A stretch of DNA of 64,000 nucleotides from Eledone cirrhosa (Eukaryota): contig OZ024743.1 of the NCBI GenBank assembly GCA_964016885.1, forward strand, positions 69,502,001 to 69,566,000, read 5' to 3'. The notes beneath the pieces were generated by a model. The model was not told the DNA's origin. It did not search any database and saw only the letters and a list, made by a program, of their open reading frames with translations. Shown piece after piece: positions 1 through 13,544 of this stretch; positions within the stretch are counted from its first letter, which is position 1, and every line of letters begins with the position of its first letter. The position numbers and the translations under genes are program-made.

Positions 1-388
1 TTGAGGGATCGGAAAGAGGGGATAAGAGGAGAGAGAAAGGGGGAGAATGAGTGAGAGGAGAGAGATAAGGGGAGGATGAGCGAGAGGAGCGAGAAAGGGG
101 GAGAGAGTGAGAAAGGAAAAAATAGGGGAAGAGAGTGAGAGAGGAGAAATATAGGGGAGAAAGAGCCAGAGGACAAATATAGGGAGGAAGAGAGAGAGAG
201 AGAGAGTCGAGAAAAAAGGGGGAAGAAAATGTGAGAAGAGAAAGATAGGTGGAGAGAGAGAGGGCGAGAGGCGAACGTAAGGGAGAGAGAGAGATGAGGA
301 GAGAAAGGAGAGATGTAGGTTATGGTGAAAAGGAGAGAAGCTAGAGTAAGAGAGAGAGTGTGTGTGAGAGAGAGAGAGTGTCTGAGAG

Positions 389-427
<39 letters not shown>

Positions 428-468
428 GTGTGTGTGTGTGTGAGAGAGAGAGTGTGTGTGTATGTGTA

Positions 469-504
<36 letters not shown>

Positions 505-597
505 TTTGTGTGAGAGAGAGAGAGATAATGTGTGTGTATGTGTGTCTGTGAGAGAGAGAGAGAGAGAGAGAGTGTGTGTGTGTCTGAGAGAGAGAGA

Positions 598-662
<65 letters not shown>

Positions 663-718
663 TGTGTGTGTATGTGTGTGTGTGGGAGAGAGAGAGTGTG
701 TGTGTGTGTGAGAGAGAG

Positions 719-750
<32 letters not shown>

Positions 751-772
751 TTTTATGTGTGAGAGAGAGAGA

Positions 773-803
<31 letters not shown>

Positions 804-898
804 TGTGTGTGTGTGTGTGAGATAGAGAGAGAGAGAGTGTGTGTGTGTGAGAGAGAGAGTGTTTCTGTGAGAGAGAGAGAGTGTTTGTGTGTATGAGG

Positions 899-941
<43 letters not shown>

Positions 942-990
942 TATGAGTGAGAGAGAGAGAGAGAAAGTGTGTGTGTGTGAGAGAGAGACA
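1..990. repeat. Purine-rich low-complexity tract grading into compound (GA)n/(GT)n microsatellite
   Basis: Directly visible; the ORFs here (RE/VC/SL/HT repeats) are translation artefacts. Confidence 0.95.
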
Positions 991-1374
991 GGTATAGTGT
1001 AGCTGAACTAAAGTTCTGATGGTTTCTTTTCACATGTTCAGTTTATATGTGAGAGTAATGAGAGTATTTGGTTTGAGAGAAACCTGGAATGAGACTAGGG
1101 AAATATAGCTGCTAATAATCTAGAAACTAGCTCATCGTTCCTTTGTCAGTGTTGAAGAAAAGGGCAACGATTGTTGCCGAACACTGCACGGCTACTAACT
1201 CGGGCTGTTTATTTACAAACAAACCGAGCATTATAATAAATGTTCGGTAAACCCATACATATATATATATATGTATGCAGGTATGTATGTATATACATAC
1301 TAGTATAGGTCTGTATACATATATGTATGTACGTATACAGGCGTATATACTTTCAAACGTTTAATCGACTGACA

Positions 1375-1473
<99 letters not shown>

Positions 1474-1484
1474 GTATATATATA

Positions 1485-2098
1485 GTTATACTTTGGGAGG
1501 GTCATGTTGCCAATAAGAAACACACGCACCAGATACTTTCACTTCAATTTATTATATATTTATAAATTTATAAATTTACAAATCTACAAACTTATAAATT
1601 TCTGGTTTGGTTGGTTGGTTCCACAACCAGATAGTTGTTTATATATAGTCATAGTCCTTTCGTCACACACTCTGTGACCTCTTCAATTAAGGACAAAATG
1701 AAAACACACACACACATAGAACAAACAACCAACCAACAACATGTAAATAAATAAAAAATTGATAAATGAACATAAACACACACAGACACCCGGATGTGGC
1801 GCATGCGCAAACTGAGCACACAACACACACACAGAAACAAAATGGCGTAGGACAGAAGAAAGGAAAGGCACGGAAACAACAAAGGAATCCCCAGTCACTG
1901 AAGAGGTCACAGAGTGAGTGACGAAAGGACTATGACTATATATAAACAACTATCTGGTTGTGGAACCAACCAACCAACCAGAAATTTATAAGTTTGTAGA
2001 TTTGTAAATTTATAAATTTTTAAATATATAATAAATTGAAGTGAAAGCAACTGGTGCGTGTGTTTCTTATTGGCAACATGACCCTCCCAAAGTATAAC
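1485..2098 (+). mobile_element. Fold-back non-coding cassette (Penelope pLTR-like) between (TA)n tracts, carrying a hammerhead ribozyme
   Basis: ~200-bp inverted arms 1485-1685 / 1899-2098; the same terminus (gttatactttgggagggtcatgttgccaataa) recurs at ~12893-12928 (-) and ~44721-44752 (+), each next to (TA)n. Confidence 0.75.
1893..1937 (+). ncRNA. Minimal type I hammerhead ribozyme motif
   Basis: agtca-CTGAAGA-g-GTCAC(agagtga)GTGAC-GAAA-ggac-TA-tgact: 5-bp stem I, 5-bp stem II, 2-bp stem III; one extra G after the core. Confidence 0.8.
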
Positions 2099-2165
2099 AA
2101 TATCGGTTTCAACACACGATTTCAGATAGAGAATCTTGCTAAACAAATTCAGAAACGAAATATTG

Positions 2166-2198
<33 letters not shown>

Positions 2199-2207
2199 AT
2201 ATATACG

Positions 2208-2284
<77 letters not shown>

Positions 2285-2352
2285 GTATATATATATATAT
2301 ATATATACGTATATATATATATATATATATATTTACATATTTATATCTATCT

Positions 2353-3240
2353 ATCGAGTGTGCCAAGGCGCTCACGGCTCTCTGGCAGGCGGACCCGGCT
2401 GTCAGTGGAGGATCCACCTCGTCATTCTATAGAGGGCTGGTGGTTAGCAGGTGCGACGACGCCCTCGGAGAAGCCCTAGGCATGGAGGAAGACGAACTGG
2501 CCAACCTGTTCGGTAGGACATTCAGCCAGGGACCCATGGATAACTTCCAGATATCCCTGGCCTGGCAGTGCTACCGAGGGGCTCTGCCGGTTCGAGAAAG
2601 TCTCTACAGACATGGGCGCCCGGGTAGGGAACCCTCGAAAAAGATCTGTCCCAGATGCGTGTGCGACGAGGAAACCTTTGCACACGCATTGGTACATTGC
2701 TCGGGCATAGCCGAACAGTGGGGATATGTCGAACAATCGCTGTCAAGTGTGGGACCGATCCGGTTGACCACCGAGTCTATTGTAACGATCAAGCCGCCTG
2801 CCTTCTTCAAAAACGAAGAAGAGGCGGTGTTTCTGTGCGGAATAGCCATGGCGAAAGAGTTTGTATGGTGGACGCGTCTGAAAGGACTGAGGTCAGACAC
2901 CTTTCTCTCTGGCCAACAACTGGTCCGTTTCTTCCGATATCATTTCGGAAGAAGGATCAGGATGGAGAGGGAGGTGGTGCACCCCAGCCGTTTTTATGAA
3001 AGATGGATGAAAGTGGCGAGAATGGTCCGTGTGAATGGGCCTTTACTCTACATCAGACTATAGGTGAGGAAGATGAAAGATCAAGGGAGCACCCCCTCTC
3101 TGTGCTCCTGAGGAGAAGGGTTGCTCACTTTTTTCGGGGGGGTGTGCGACCCCCCCCCCCCCCCCCCCCCCCCAAGTTGCCTTCTCCCTATTGAGGATTT
3201 TTTTATTAAATTTATTTTTGTTATATTTTATATATGATTG
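2353..3240 (+). mobile_element. 5'-truncated Tx1/L1-clade LINE: ORF2 C-terminus (zf-RVT-like CCHC region) and 3' UTR
   Basis: ORF part to 3063 reads [27 protein letters not shown]; homologous to copies at 31345-32065 and 60443-61510; the IY N-terminus of the ORF is (TA)n. Confidence 0.85.
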
Positions 3241-3329
3241 TTTATATAAGCCGGGCCGTTCTGCAAGAAAAAATATATATATATATATATATAATAATAA
3301 TAATGAGCTGCGCGTTGCAAATGGGGTGC

Positions 3330-3827
3330 ATATGAAAAAGTAAGTCCTTCATCAGTGACCCTCCAACCATCCCAGGCATTTCATCGCTTTAAGGGCCATA
3401 TACCTCAGGTTGGTGCGAACAACGGCTAAAAAAAGTCGTTGGGACACGTAAATAAAGGGGACGTTAGGGTAACAAACAAAATGGTTTAAGCAACGGAAAG
3501 TGAGAAGAAAGAGACAAGTCCCAGATTTCTATGAATATAAACTCGGTGAAATCGTGAACAAGAGACAAAAGACCATCAAACCTGGTTGAAATGTGAGCAA
3601 GGAAGGAATTTCGCACAGGTCTAACGGGGGGAAGAAGAAGAAGGGGTCTGGTCTACGAATTCGGTAAACATAAGTTTTGTGAAGTCGCAGACGATAGAGA
3701 GAGAGCTCCTTTTTTTACGTGTCCCAACGACTTTTTTAGCCGTTGTTCGCACCAACCTGAGGTATATGGCCCTTAAAGCGATGAAATGCCTGGGACGGTT
3801 GGAGGGTCACTGATGAAGGACTTACTT

Positions 3828-3835
<8 letters not shown>
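3330..3835 (+). mobile_element. Fold-back cassette in (TA)n with degenerate hammerhead-like motif
   Basis: Inverted arms 3330-3452 / 3714-3835; right arm has ccaac-CTGAGGT...GAAA-tgcctgggac-g-gttgg (core and cleavage triplet non-canonical). Confidence 0.6.
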
Positions 3836-3865
<30 letters not shown>

Positions 3866-4069
3866 ATAATTGCAGAACGGCTCGGCTTCTAAACATAGAT
3901 TGGCATGTTTATCCATCCTTCCTGAAGTAGTACAGATAAGTACGGAATACCTCGGCCTGCGCATGGTGTCTCATTTTCTGCTTAGGCAAATAATTTTCCA
4001 TTTAGATTTTTGAAAAGCATGTAATTGCGTTCCCTCTCTTTTTTGTTGTTGTTTTGCTGCTGTTGGTGT

Positions 4070-4560
4070 GATAGCAGCCGTTAGTCGTACTACTAACACA
4101 GTTTCGTCCTTCTTTAGCCAATTGTGTATACCTCATTCTGCCACGTCTACCTAAACAACGATTGTAGCCCCTCCTTGTACACAATGTTCCTTGCTCTTCC
4201 GTGTCGGGCATATGCAAACAGATTTGTCTTGCTTGCAACTCTTGAGCAGCTAACGTATAGTTGCCTGTGTGAAAAACATGACTCTTCCAAAAGAAGACCA
4301 CAAACAGCTAGGGTCTGACCCTGGGAATTTTTGATAGACATTGCAAAGGTGACACGGTTCGGTGAATGGTTCGTTGGTTGTCTGTTTCAAGTGCTCTTCT
4401 GGTGGCAGTACGTTCAACATCTAGCGACCGTCGAATAGAAGATTCCACTGACGATTCGTTTGCCCGCCTTGTTAACTTTCTTCCCGCTTTCGCAGTATTT
4501 CGGCCAATGGAATATCTCTTCCTTCGAGGCATGACCTAAAAGCAGGACGAAGTACACTAA
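4070..4560 (-). mobile_element. Internally deleted Helitron: RepHel N-terminus joined to Pif1-helicase C-terminus
   Basis: ORF 4147-4341 SIKNSQGQTL..GLLLEESCFSHRQLYVSCSRV...RNIVYKEGL matches the Pif1 helicase motifs V/VI tail (INKSQGQTL/FSHGQLYVA.SRV/NIVY.E.L); ORF 4308-4532 MPRRKRYSIGRNT...RRANES resembles animal Helitron N-termini; termini not defined. Confidence 0.8.
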
Positions 4561-4774
4561 GACTAACTGGTAGAGTAAGGAGTAAACTCGTCAGTGATGC
4601 ATGCGATTTCCGAACCGTTGACTATGTAATTGCTGGCCTTGTGCCAAAAGTAGTGGGACATTTTCGGTGGCATATCGGCATTAACAATAACCATAAGCCG
4701 TCTGTGCTTTCGTGAAATAAATAAGTTTGTTTATTTTTTTCTTCTGTATGCAAAAATATCTGTACACGAATATA

Positions 4775-4836
<62 letters not shown>

Positions 4837-4864
4837 TGTACTAAACAACATAAGGCAATTATTC

Positions 4865-4918
4865 CATTTACCAGTGGTTTCTTAAAAGCAAAACATGTTG
4901 CTTTCAATCTTCAGAATG
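4865..4918 (-). ncRNA. Type I hammerhead ribozyme motif in a ~115-bp island (4833-4947) between two (TA)n tracts
   Basis: Minus strand: catt-CTGAAGA-TTGAAAGCAA(catgtt)TTGCTTTTAA-GAAA-CCA-c-TGG-TA-aatg; 4-bp stem I, 10-bp stem II, GUA cleavage triplet. Confidence 0.85.
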
Positions 4919-4945
4919 AAAAAATCGTGGTCTGTTTATTGAATT

Positions 4946-4981
<36 letters not shown>

Positions 4982-5225
4982 TAACAGATTAAAGTTTAAG
5001 CAAAGAATCGCTGCTTTCTCCTTTCACGGGATCTTCTGAAAGACAGAGGAATCGATAACCGACTCCTAACAACCCTTTGACAACAGAAAATTGAAAAATA
5101 AAAGCTGCAGTTAATATCTTTAGTTCGCAAGGAATATATAAATGCAAGCTTGAAGTCAATCGGAGTAGAAATGTGGATTTGTATAGACTTTGCAAAAATT
5201 AGGGACACACACACACATACATACA

Positions 5226-5332
<107 letters not shown>

Positions 5333-5352
5333 TCTCTCTCTCTCTCTCGCTT

Positions 5353-5388
<36 letters not shown>

Positions 5389-5834
5389 AAATAATAGAGG
5401 ATATGTTCCTACACGCACAAGGCGCTTAGGGACACATGTATTGTCCAACAATATGCCAATGTGGCTCAATGGCAGGTTAATAAATTATTTGCTAAATCTT
5501 GATTATATATGTTCTGGCTCGTTAATTTATTAACCTGCCATTGAACCACATTGGCATATGGTTGGACAATACATGTGTTCCTAAGCGCCTTGTGCGTGTA
5601 GGAACATATACTCTATTATTATTAACTCCTCTTGGTTGAGGAACAATTTGGTCGTTCTGATTGCTGCTAGTTATAGCGGGAGCAGACTGACCTCCCTGCC
5701 TCTGCCTCTATATTAACACACGGCACTTGAAAGAATTGCTTCCACTTCATTTATTCTCATCTCGGGAACAATTTTGAATAGCGCCAGTTCGTAATTTGAA
5801 CTCGGCAATTTTATATTCTCCGAGTGAAAAGATC

Positions 5835-5916
5835 CTTCTGACGAGAGTTTATCTTTGCAACGGATGCCGTATGGACTGTCCGTTTATTTTTGAGACTCGA
5901 AACCGATTCGGTAAAG
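5835..5916 (+). ncRNA. Type I hammerhead ribozyme with long loop II (copy 1)
   Basis: ctt-CTGACGA-GAGTTT...AGACTC-GAAA-CCGA-t-TCGG-TA-aag. Confidence 0.8.
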
Positions 5917-5986
5917 TTAACCATAGTAAGTAAAGTTAATATTTTTAAATTTATTTTGAAAAGTTTTTTATTGGCTAAACCTTGAT

Positions 5987-6019
<33 letters not shown>

Positions 6020-6054
6020 TTATATGTATCTATATCTATCTATATTTATCTATA

Positions 6055-6162
<108 letters not shown>

Positions 6163-6292
6163 TATATATATCTTTACATACGGCACTAGGCAAAATTGTT
6201 TCTTTCCCTATTCACTCTCATTCGAGAACAGTTTTATAGGGCGCCAGTTTGTGATTTGAACTCGGGAATTTTATATTCTCCAAGCGAGAAAA

Positions 6293-6376
6293 GCCTTCTG
6301 ACGAAAGTCCCTTTCTCAATGAAAATCCGCTTCGATTATCTGTTTATTTTGGGATTTGAAACTGCGCGCTAAAGGC
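6293..6376 (+). ncRNA. Type I hammerhead ribozyme (copy 2)
   Basis: gcctt-CTGACGA-AAGTCCC...GGGATTT-GAAA-ctgcgcgc-TA-aaggc; stem II covaries with copy 1; stem III partly mutated. Confidence 0.75.
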
Positions 6377-6784
6377 ACATGTAGTAATTACAGCGAACTT
6401 TAAAAAAATTATTTATAAAATGTTTCTCTATTTGCTAAACCTTGATTTTATATGTTCTGGCTTGTTGATTTATTAACCTGCCATAGAATCACGTTGGCAT
6501 ACGGTTGGACAATACTTGTATCCCTATATGTATTTTTTACACGTAGGAACACATACTTTATTATTAATCTTCCCTAAGATTGAGATAACATTTCGTCGTT
6601 TGAACTGCTGCTATTTTCAGTAACAGGACATTGACCTGTCCGCCCTGCCTTTTGTCTTTACAAACGGCACTAGGCAAAATTGTTTCTTTCCTCATTCACT
6701 CTCATTCGAGAACAGTTTTATAGGGCGCCAGTTTGTGATTTGAACTCGGGAATTTTATATTCTCCGAGCTCCGAGCGAGAGAAA

Positions 6785-6859
6785 CCTTCTGACGAAAGTC
6801 CTTTTCTCAATGGAAATCCGCTTGGATTATCTGGTTATTTTGAAACCGCGCGGTAAAGG
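6785..6859 (+). ncRNA. Type I hammerhead ribozyme (copy 3)
   Basis: cctt-CTGACGA-aagtcc...GAAA-CCGCGCGG-TA-aagg; perfectly palindromic stem III; stem II 3' strand partly deleted. Confidence 0.7.
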
Positions 6860-6926
6860 CACATATAGTAAGTACAGCGAACTTTTTAAAATTTACTTTA
6901 AAACATCTTCTCTATTAGCTGAAACT

Positions 6927-6991
<65 letters not shown>

Positions 6992-7109
6992 GATAAAGGG
7001 TTGTGGTGTATGAGGTGATGTTCTGGTTGCGGTAACAGAATAGATGTGATAATTGCAACTATTTTGGCTTTTGTTGGTCTGTTTCATTTAGTTTTATGAT
7101 GAGTTTGGC

Positions 7110-8160
7110 GGGTAGGGTGGGGTTTAGTAGTTGTATGTGGTGTGGGGAAGTTTAGCGATGGTGTGGCGGTGGGTGGTGTAGTGTGGTGTGGTGGTGGTGT
7201 AGTTTGGTGGTGGTGTGGCGTTGGTGTGGTGTAGTGTATTGTGGTGTAGTGTGGATCGGCGGTGGTGTAGTTGGTGGTGGTGTGGTGTAGTGTGGTGTGG
7301 CGTAGTGTAGTCTGGCGTAGTGTGGTATGGCATTGGTGTAGTATGGTTTGGCAGTGGTCTAGTGTGGTGTAGTCTGGTGTGGCAGTGGTGTAGTGTGGTG
7401 TGGGAATGGTGTAGTGCGGTGTGGTGTGGTGTGACAGTGCTGTGGATGTAGTGTAGTGTGGTGTAGTGTGGTGTGGTGTGGCAGTGGTGTAGTGTGGTGT
7501 AGTGTGGTGTGGTGTGGTGTAGTGTGTTGTAGTGTGGTGTGGTGTGGCAGTGGTGTAGTGTAGTGTAGTGTTGTGTGGTGTGGAAGTGGTGTAGTGTGGT
7601 GCGGCAGTGGCGTAGTGTACTGTAGTGTGGTGTGGAAGTGGTGTAGTGTGGTGTAGTGTGATGTGGTGCGGCAGTGGCGTAGTGTGGCGTGCTGTCGCAG
7701 ATGTAATGGTGCGGTGGCAGTAGTGCTAGGGGGAGCATGTGTTCTCCTTTAACAATCAAAATATATAGAACAAGAAGGTTGTGGAGTGGAGGCTGGTGGA
7801 GTGGAGGTTGGCGGAGTGGAGGGTGGTGGAGTGGATCGTGGCGGTGTGGGTGTGGTTGAGTTCTGGGGGGTTGAGTGGAATGGAAGGTGGTGGAGTGGGG
7901 GATGGTGGAGTGGTGGGTGGTGGAGTGGAGGGTGGTTGGTGGTGGTGTGGTGGAGTGGAGGGTGGTTGGAATCGTGGGAAGGGGAGTGGCGGTGGTGTAG
8001 TCGAGTGGATGGTAAGTGAGTGGTGGGTAGTGGAGTGGAGGGTGGCGTCGGGTGTGGTGGAGTGGAGGGTGGTGATGTGGAGTTAGGTGGAGTGAAGGGT
8101 GGCGGAGTGGAGGGTGGAGAAGAAGGAAAAGTTGATGAAGTGGAGGAGGAGGAGGAAGCG
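7110..8160. repeat. Degenerate G/T-rich pentamer satellite (GTGTA/GTGTG, then GGTGGAGT-type)
   Basis: Directly visible tandem pentamers; His/Thr/Pro ORF is an artefact. Confidence 0.9.
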
Positions 8161-8521
8161 GAGCCAAATTAGTAAAAGAGAAGGAGTTAAAATATATGAA
8201 AAGGAGAGGGGGGAGAAAAAGAAGATGAAGAGTAGGAGGTGGAGAAGTCAGTGTAAGTGAATGGGAGGTGGAGGAGGTGGAGGAGAAGTCAGTAAAAATG
8301 AAGGGGAGGAGGAGGAGGAGTAGAAGACAAAGTCTTCGAAGAGTAGTGGACTAAGTAGATAAAGAGGGATGTGGCGTCAAGGTTGATGACGGGGAGGAGG
8401 TGCCAAAGTATAGATGGAGGGGGAGGGGGGTCAAATAATAGATGAAGATTATGGAGAGATGAAATAGAACATGAAGAAGAAATTGAAAATTACAATACGA
8501 AAACATTGATTAAGGTGGTAA

Positions 8522-8707
8522 GATGAAGAAGAAGAAGAAGAAGAAGAAGAAGAAGAAGAAGAAGAAGAGCAACACGAACGAAACAAAAGAAAGAAGACAG
8601 AAAAAGAATGAAAGAAGAAAAAAAAAGAAGGAGGAGGAGGAGAAAACGTTAGAAGAAGAACAACAACAACCAACAGAAAGAAGAAAAAAGAGAGACCAAC
8701 ATCAACT

Positions 8708-8738
<31 letters not shown>

Positions 8739-9123
8739 CGTCAGCAACAACAACCACCATAACAGCTACAATAACAGCCACAACAACAACAGCAACAACA
8801 ACCACATCAGCAACAACAACCATAACAGCAACAACAACAACAACAACAACAACAGCAACAACAACAACAACAACAACAACCACAACCACCACAACAACAA
8901 CAACAACCACAACAGCAACAACAACCACACAGCAGCAACAACAATAACAACCAGAACAACAACAACCATAACAGCCACAACAACAACAACATCAACAACG
9001 ACTACAACAGTAACAACAACCACAACAGCAACACCAACAACAACACAACAGCAACAGCAACCACAACAGCAACAACAACAAAAACAACAGCAACAACAAC
9101 AACAAAAACAACAGCAACAACAA

Positions 9124-9159
<36 letters not shown>

Positions 9160-9625
9160 CCACAACAGCAGCAACAACAACAACAACAACATCAACCACA
9201 ACAACTACAACATCAACAACAACTGCAACCACAACAGCTAAAACAACAGCCACAACAACAACAACAGCAACAACCACAACAGCAACAACCACAACAACAA
9301 CAACAACCATAACAGCAACAACATCCACAACAGCAGCAACAGCAGCAACAGCAACAACCACAATAGCAACAACAACAACCACGACAGCTAAAACAACAGC
9401 CACAACAACAACAACAAGAACAGCAACAACAACAACAGCAACAACCACAACAGCAACAACAACCATAACAGCAACAACAACCACAACGGCAGCAACAACA
9501 ACAACTACCACAACAGCAGCAACAGCAACAACCACAACAGCAACAGCAACTACCACAACAGCAACAACAGCAACAACAACCACAACAACTACACAACCAC
9601 AACAACAACCACAACAACAAGAACA
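8522..9625. repeat. (GAA)n then long degenerate (CAA/CAG/CAC)n trinucleotide tract
   Basis: Directly visible. Confidence 0.95.
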
Positions 9626-11439
9626 AGCAAAGGCATACGAAAAAAGGCAGAGCATAAAAAGAAGGTTGTGATTGAAGAATGTAAGGAATGTTAAGAATGT
9701 TAGAAGTTGGAACCTGTGAAAAATGGAGATGATTTAAAATAGAAAACAAAGAAAGAATCAAAGAAACGACGAAGAAGAGTAAAGAAGAAAAGGGAAGGGA
9801 GACAGGAACGATGTCTTAATTTCCAACGTAACTAAAAATCTATCATGAAATGTCGATATGTGATTACGTAGGGATCAGGAGTTTTTTATTTCCTTTAGAG
9901 CTCAAAAGGTTTTAGACAGGAATTTGTTTTCGATCGGAAAGAGGGATCCATGGAGTCATTGAAGGGAATATCTATGTCTCTGGTTACCAATGTGGGGTTC
10001 GACAAAGGAATCCAGGGGTCAGTGAACTTCTCTTCTTCGCACACTTATTCCCAAGAGGTTTGTGAGGGCAGAGTACTTAAACTCTCCTGTCGGTGGGGCC
10101 TGTCAGAAGCAACCATCTCTACTTGATCCGGCTACGGTCATTGAACTAGGTTCAACATTTCAAGTTTAATGATATGGAGTAACCCTACTTTTCTAAGAAT
10201 TAACATTTTTTCTGCATGTGTTATTATCGCAGTTTAGCAATCTGACATCGGAACAATAAAAGGGATTCTCTGGAGAGAAAAGGCTGAAAAACACTGACAT
10301 ATGTAGGCACAGACTTGGTACAAATAGCAGTCAAATCTCCCTCAAATTGTATGCCATCTCCTTAAAAGGAAAATGACAAAGGATAATGTAAATCTAGATA
10401 TGAGAAAATAAAAAAAGGGCGTCGATAAATAATTCCTGTGATGTTTTAGGAAATTTTAGAAGAAACCTCATGAGCCGAGCCATGTTAACAAACAGGCTCA
10501 CAGTTGGGTTTGAGGTTTTAGTAGATTGCTGGCGCTACTGAGGCATGGGTAACAGGCTGCTGCTGTATTTCCTCGTAGAGAGTGTATTTGAAGCCCATCA
10601 GCTCAAACAATCTTAAGGAAGCTGAAGAAAATTGCCATAGGCCGAACAGTTCCAAATTGTTCTTCCTCCAGTTGGTGGTGTCATAGATGTTTCATCTGAC
10701 TCCCTGCTAGGATGGGAAGGGAGATGTGCAGAGAATAGTGAACCGTATTCGAAAGTTTAACTAATAACTATAGCTGTCTTCAAGAGACAAGGATGAAGCC
10801 TTACTTTTCCCCTAGAAGGTGTAAACTCTGTAAGTTTTCATTATATTGTGTTCTTGATATAAGATTAGATTGGCAGAATCAGTAGAGTGTCGTTAGCTGC
10901 GTTCTTTTATTCAACAATTTCAAATCCTGCAAACGTCAACTTCAACAATTATCTTTCCAAGGGCGAATAAATTGAAGTAGTGGGTCGATTTAATCGACTG
11001 TCCCTTCCATCAGCAACCAAAATGAAATAAAATATTATGGCACACTGCCAATATTAGAAAGCAATATAGTTTGCGTGATTAATCTTGTATCTTTTGGGAG
11101 GTAATTTTATATAAGTTGGCGGTTTTATCAATAAATGTTTTCCTATCTGGATTTTTGAAATGTTATGTAATACAGTGACATCACGTGGTTTCGGGTTGTA
11201 ATGTCATGTTGAGCCGACGGGAAAATACTGTACTTGTATGGTCAATATAACTGAGTCATGAATTTACAGATAGAAGTTAGTAGTAGACTAAGTTAGAGAA
11301 CAATACTGAAGCAAATTAAACACACTAAACACAACAAACAAAGGAGATTGGGAAGAAAAACGAAACTAAATAACCAATATATAAATTGTATTAAATGAAC
11401 CAAATGCACCCTGGCTATGATATAAATTATCACGAAATT

Positions 11440-12410
<971 letters not shown>

Positions 12411-12419
12411 GTGTGTACG

Positions 12420-12585
12420 TTTGGCAGATTCGAGAGAATGCTTTATAGCATTCGTTCCGGCTCTCAGGTCTTTCAGTTGAAATCACGCCAAGGTCAACTT
12501 GGCCTTTCATCCTTTCGAGGTAGATAAAAAAGTACCAGTCTAGTATTGTGGTCGATTCTTTCTGTCTCTGGAAGAAATCTGCTGT
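12420..12585 (+). mobile_element. Degenerate tRNA-derived SINE
   Basis: caacttggcctttcatcctttcgaggtagataaaaagtaccag matches the central domain of the SINE family at 44061 and 47-48 kb. Confidence 0.65.
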
Positions 12586-12923
12586 ATTCAGGCCTGGAGA
12601 GGAATGGGTTCCGTTAGGCTTAAAATGCCCAGGAAACATCATATGTCAATACGGTGCCCCTACGACCCTATCAGGAGTTACGGGCCCATGCCATATATAT
12701 ATATATAAGTAAATGAGTTTTTTTTTTTTAAAGATGTCCTACAGGGATGAATGTGTAAAGAAAAGAAATTGAAAATGCAACTGTAGTCTTTTGAAACCGG
12801 TAGAGTAAATAAATTTTCTTAAAATACTCCATTTGTATTTTCAATTTCTTTTCCTTATATATATATATATAAATATATATATATATTTCGTTTCTTATTG
12901 GCAACATGACCCTCCCAAAGCAT

Positions 12924-12973
<50 letters not shown>

Positions 12974-12976
<3 letters not shown>

Positions 12977-13190
12977 GGGGGTAAATACAGTAATTAAAGT
13001 ACTCATCACTAACGTATTGAGTAATTTACTCACTCTGATACTACTACATTATAACGCAAATCGGCTTTCCTGATGATTTCCTTCGAACGAAACAGTTCTA
13101 ATTCTGTAGAAGCCATTTCTATATTAAATATTATATACTCTATGTATTGACTACCTTTCTTACTGTGCTTACTCCCGATTGAACCTGGGA
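12974..13190 (+). mobile_element. Short Penelope-like fold-back cassette with hammerhead
   Basis: Imperfect terminal inverted arms (gtcgggggtaaatacagtaa / ttactgtgcttactcccgat); same family as 41730-41886; flanked by (TA)n and (CA)n. Confidence 0.7.
13064..13113 (+). ncRNA. Type I hammerhead ribozyme motif
   Basis: gctttc-CTGATGA-tTTC(cttc)GAAc-GAAA-CAG(ttctaatt)CTG-TA-gaagc; GUA triplet; first stem II pair mismatched. Confidence 0.75.
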
Positions 13191-13191
13191 T

Positions 13192-13222
<31 letters not shown>

Positions 13223-13544
13223 TATATATATATAATTACTTCGAATATGTGTTGGTTAATTATCGACAATTTAGTATGCAGGTGTGTCTGTTTACTCCGG
13301 AGTATATTTAAAATATATATTTGCAATATAGATTATAATTTTAACACCTTTTATTATCATGACTGTTAATATTGATAAGCATGCACATTTCTAAATGATC
13401 ACAAATCTGTTTATATATATATGGAAGTTTCACTAACAACTCCAATACATTCACTTACAACCAAGAGTAGTAGTATTTTGTTGTTGTAGGATATTAACAC
13501 TACAGCCACTAATACAACTACGGAGGTCGCCGAGGTCAAAACAC

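Noticed and set aside
7124-9761. His/Thr, poly-Q, poly-V/L/C ORFs
   Set aside because: Translations of pentamer and trinucleotide microsatellites
10430-10900. Possible old LINE remnant
   Set aside because: Only vague resemblance; no motif could be read convincingly
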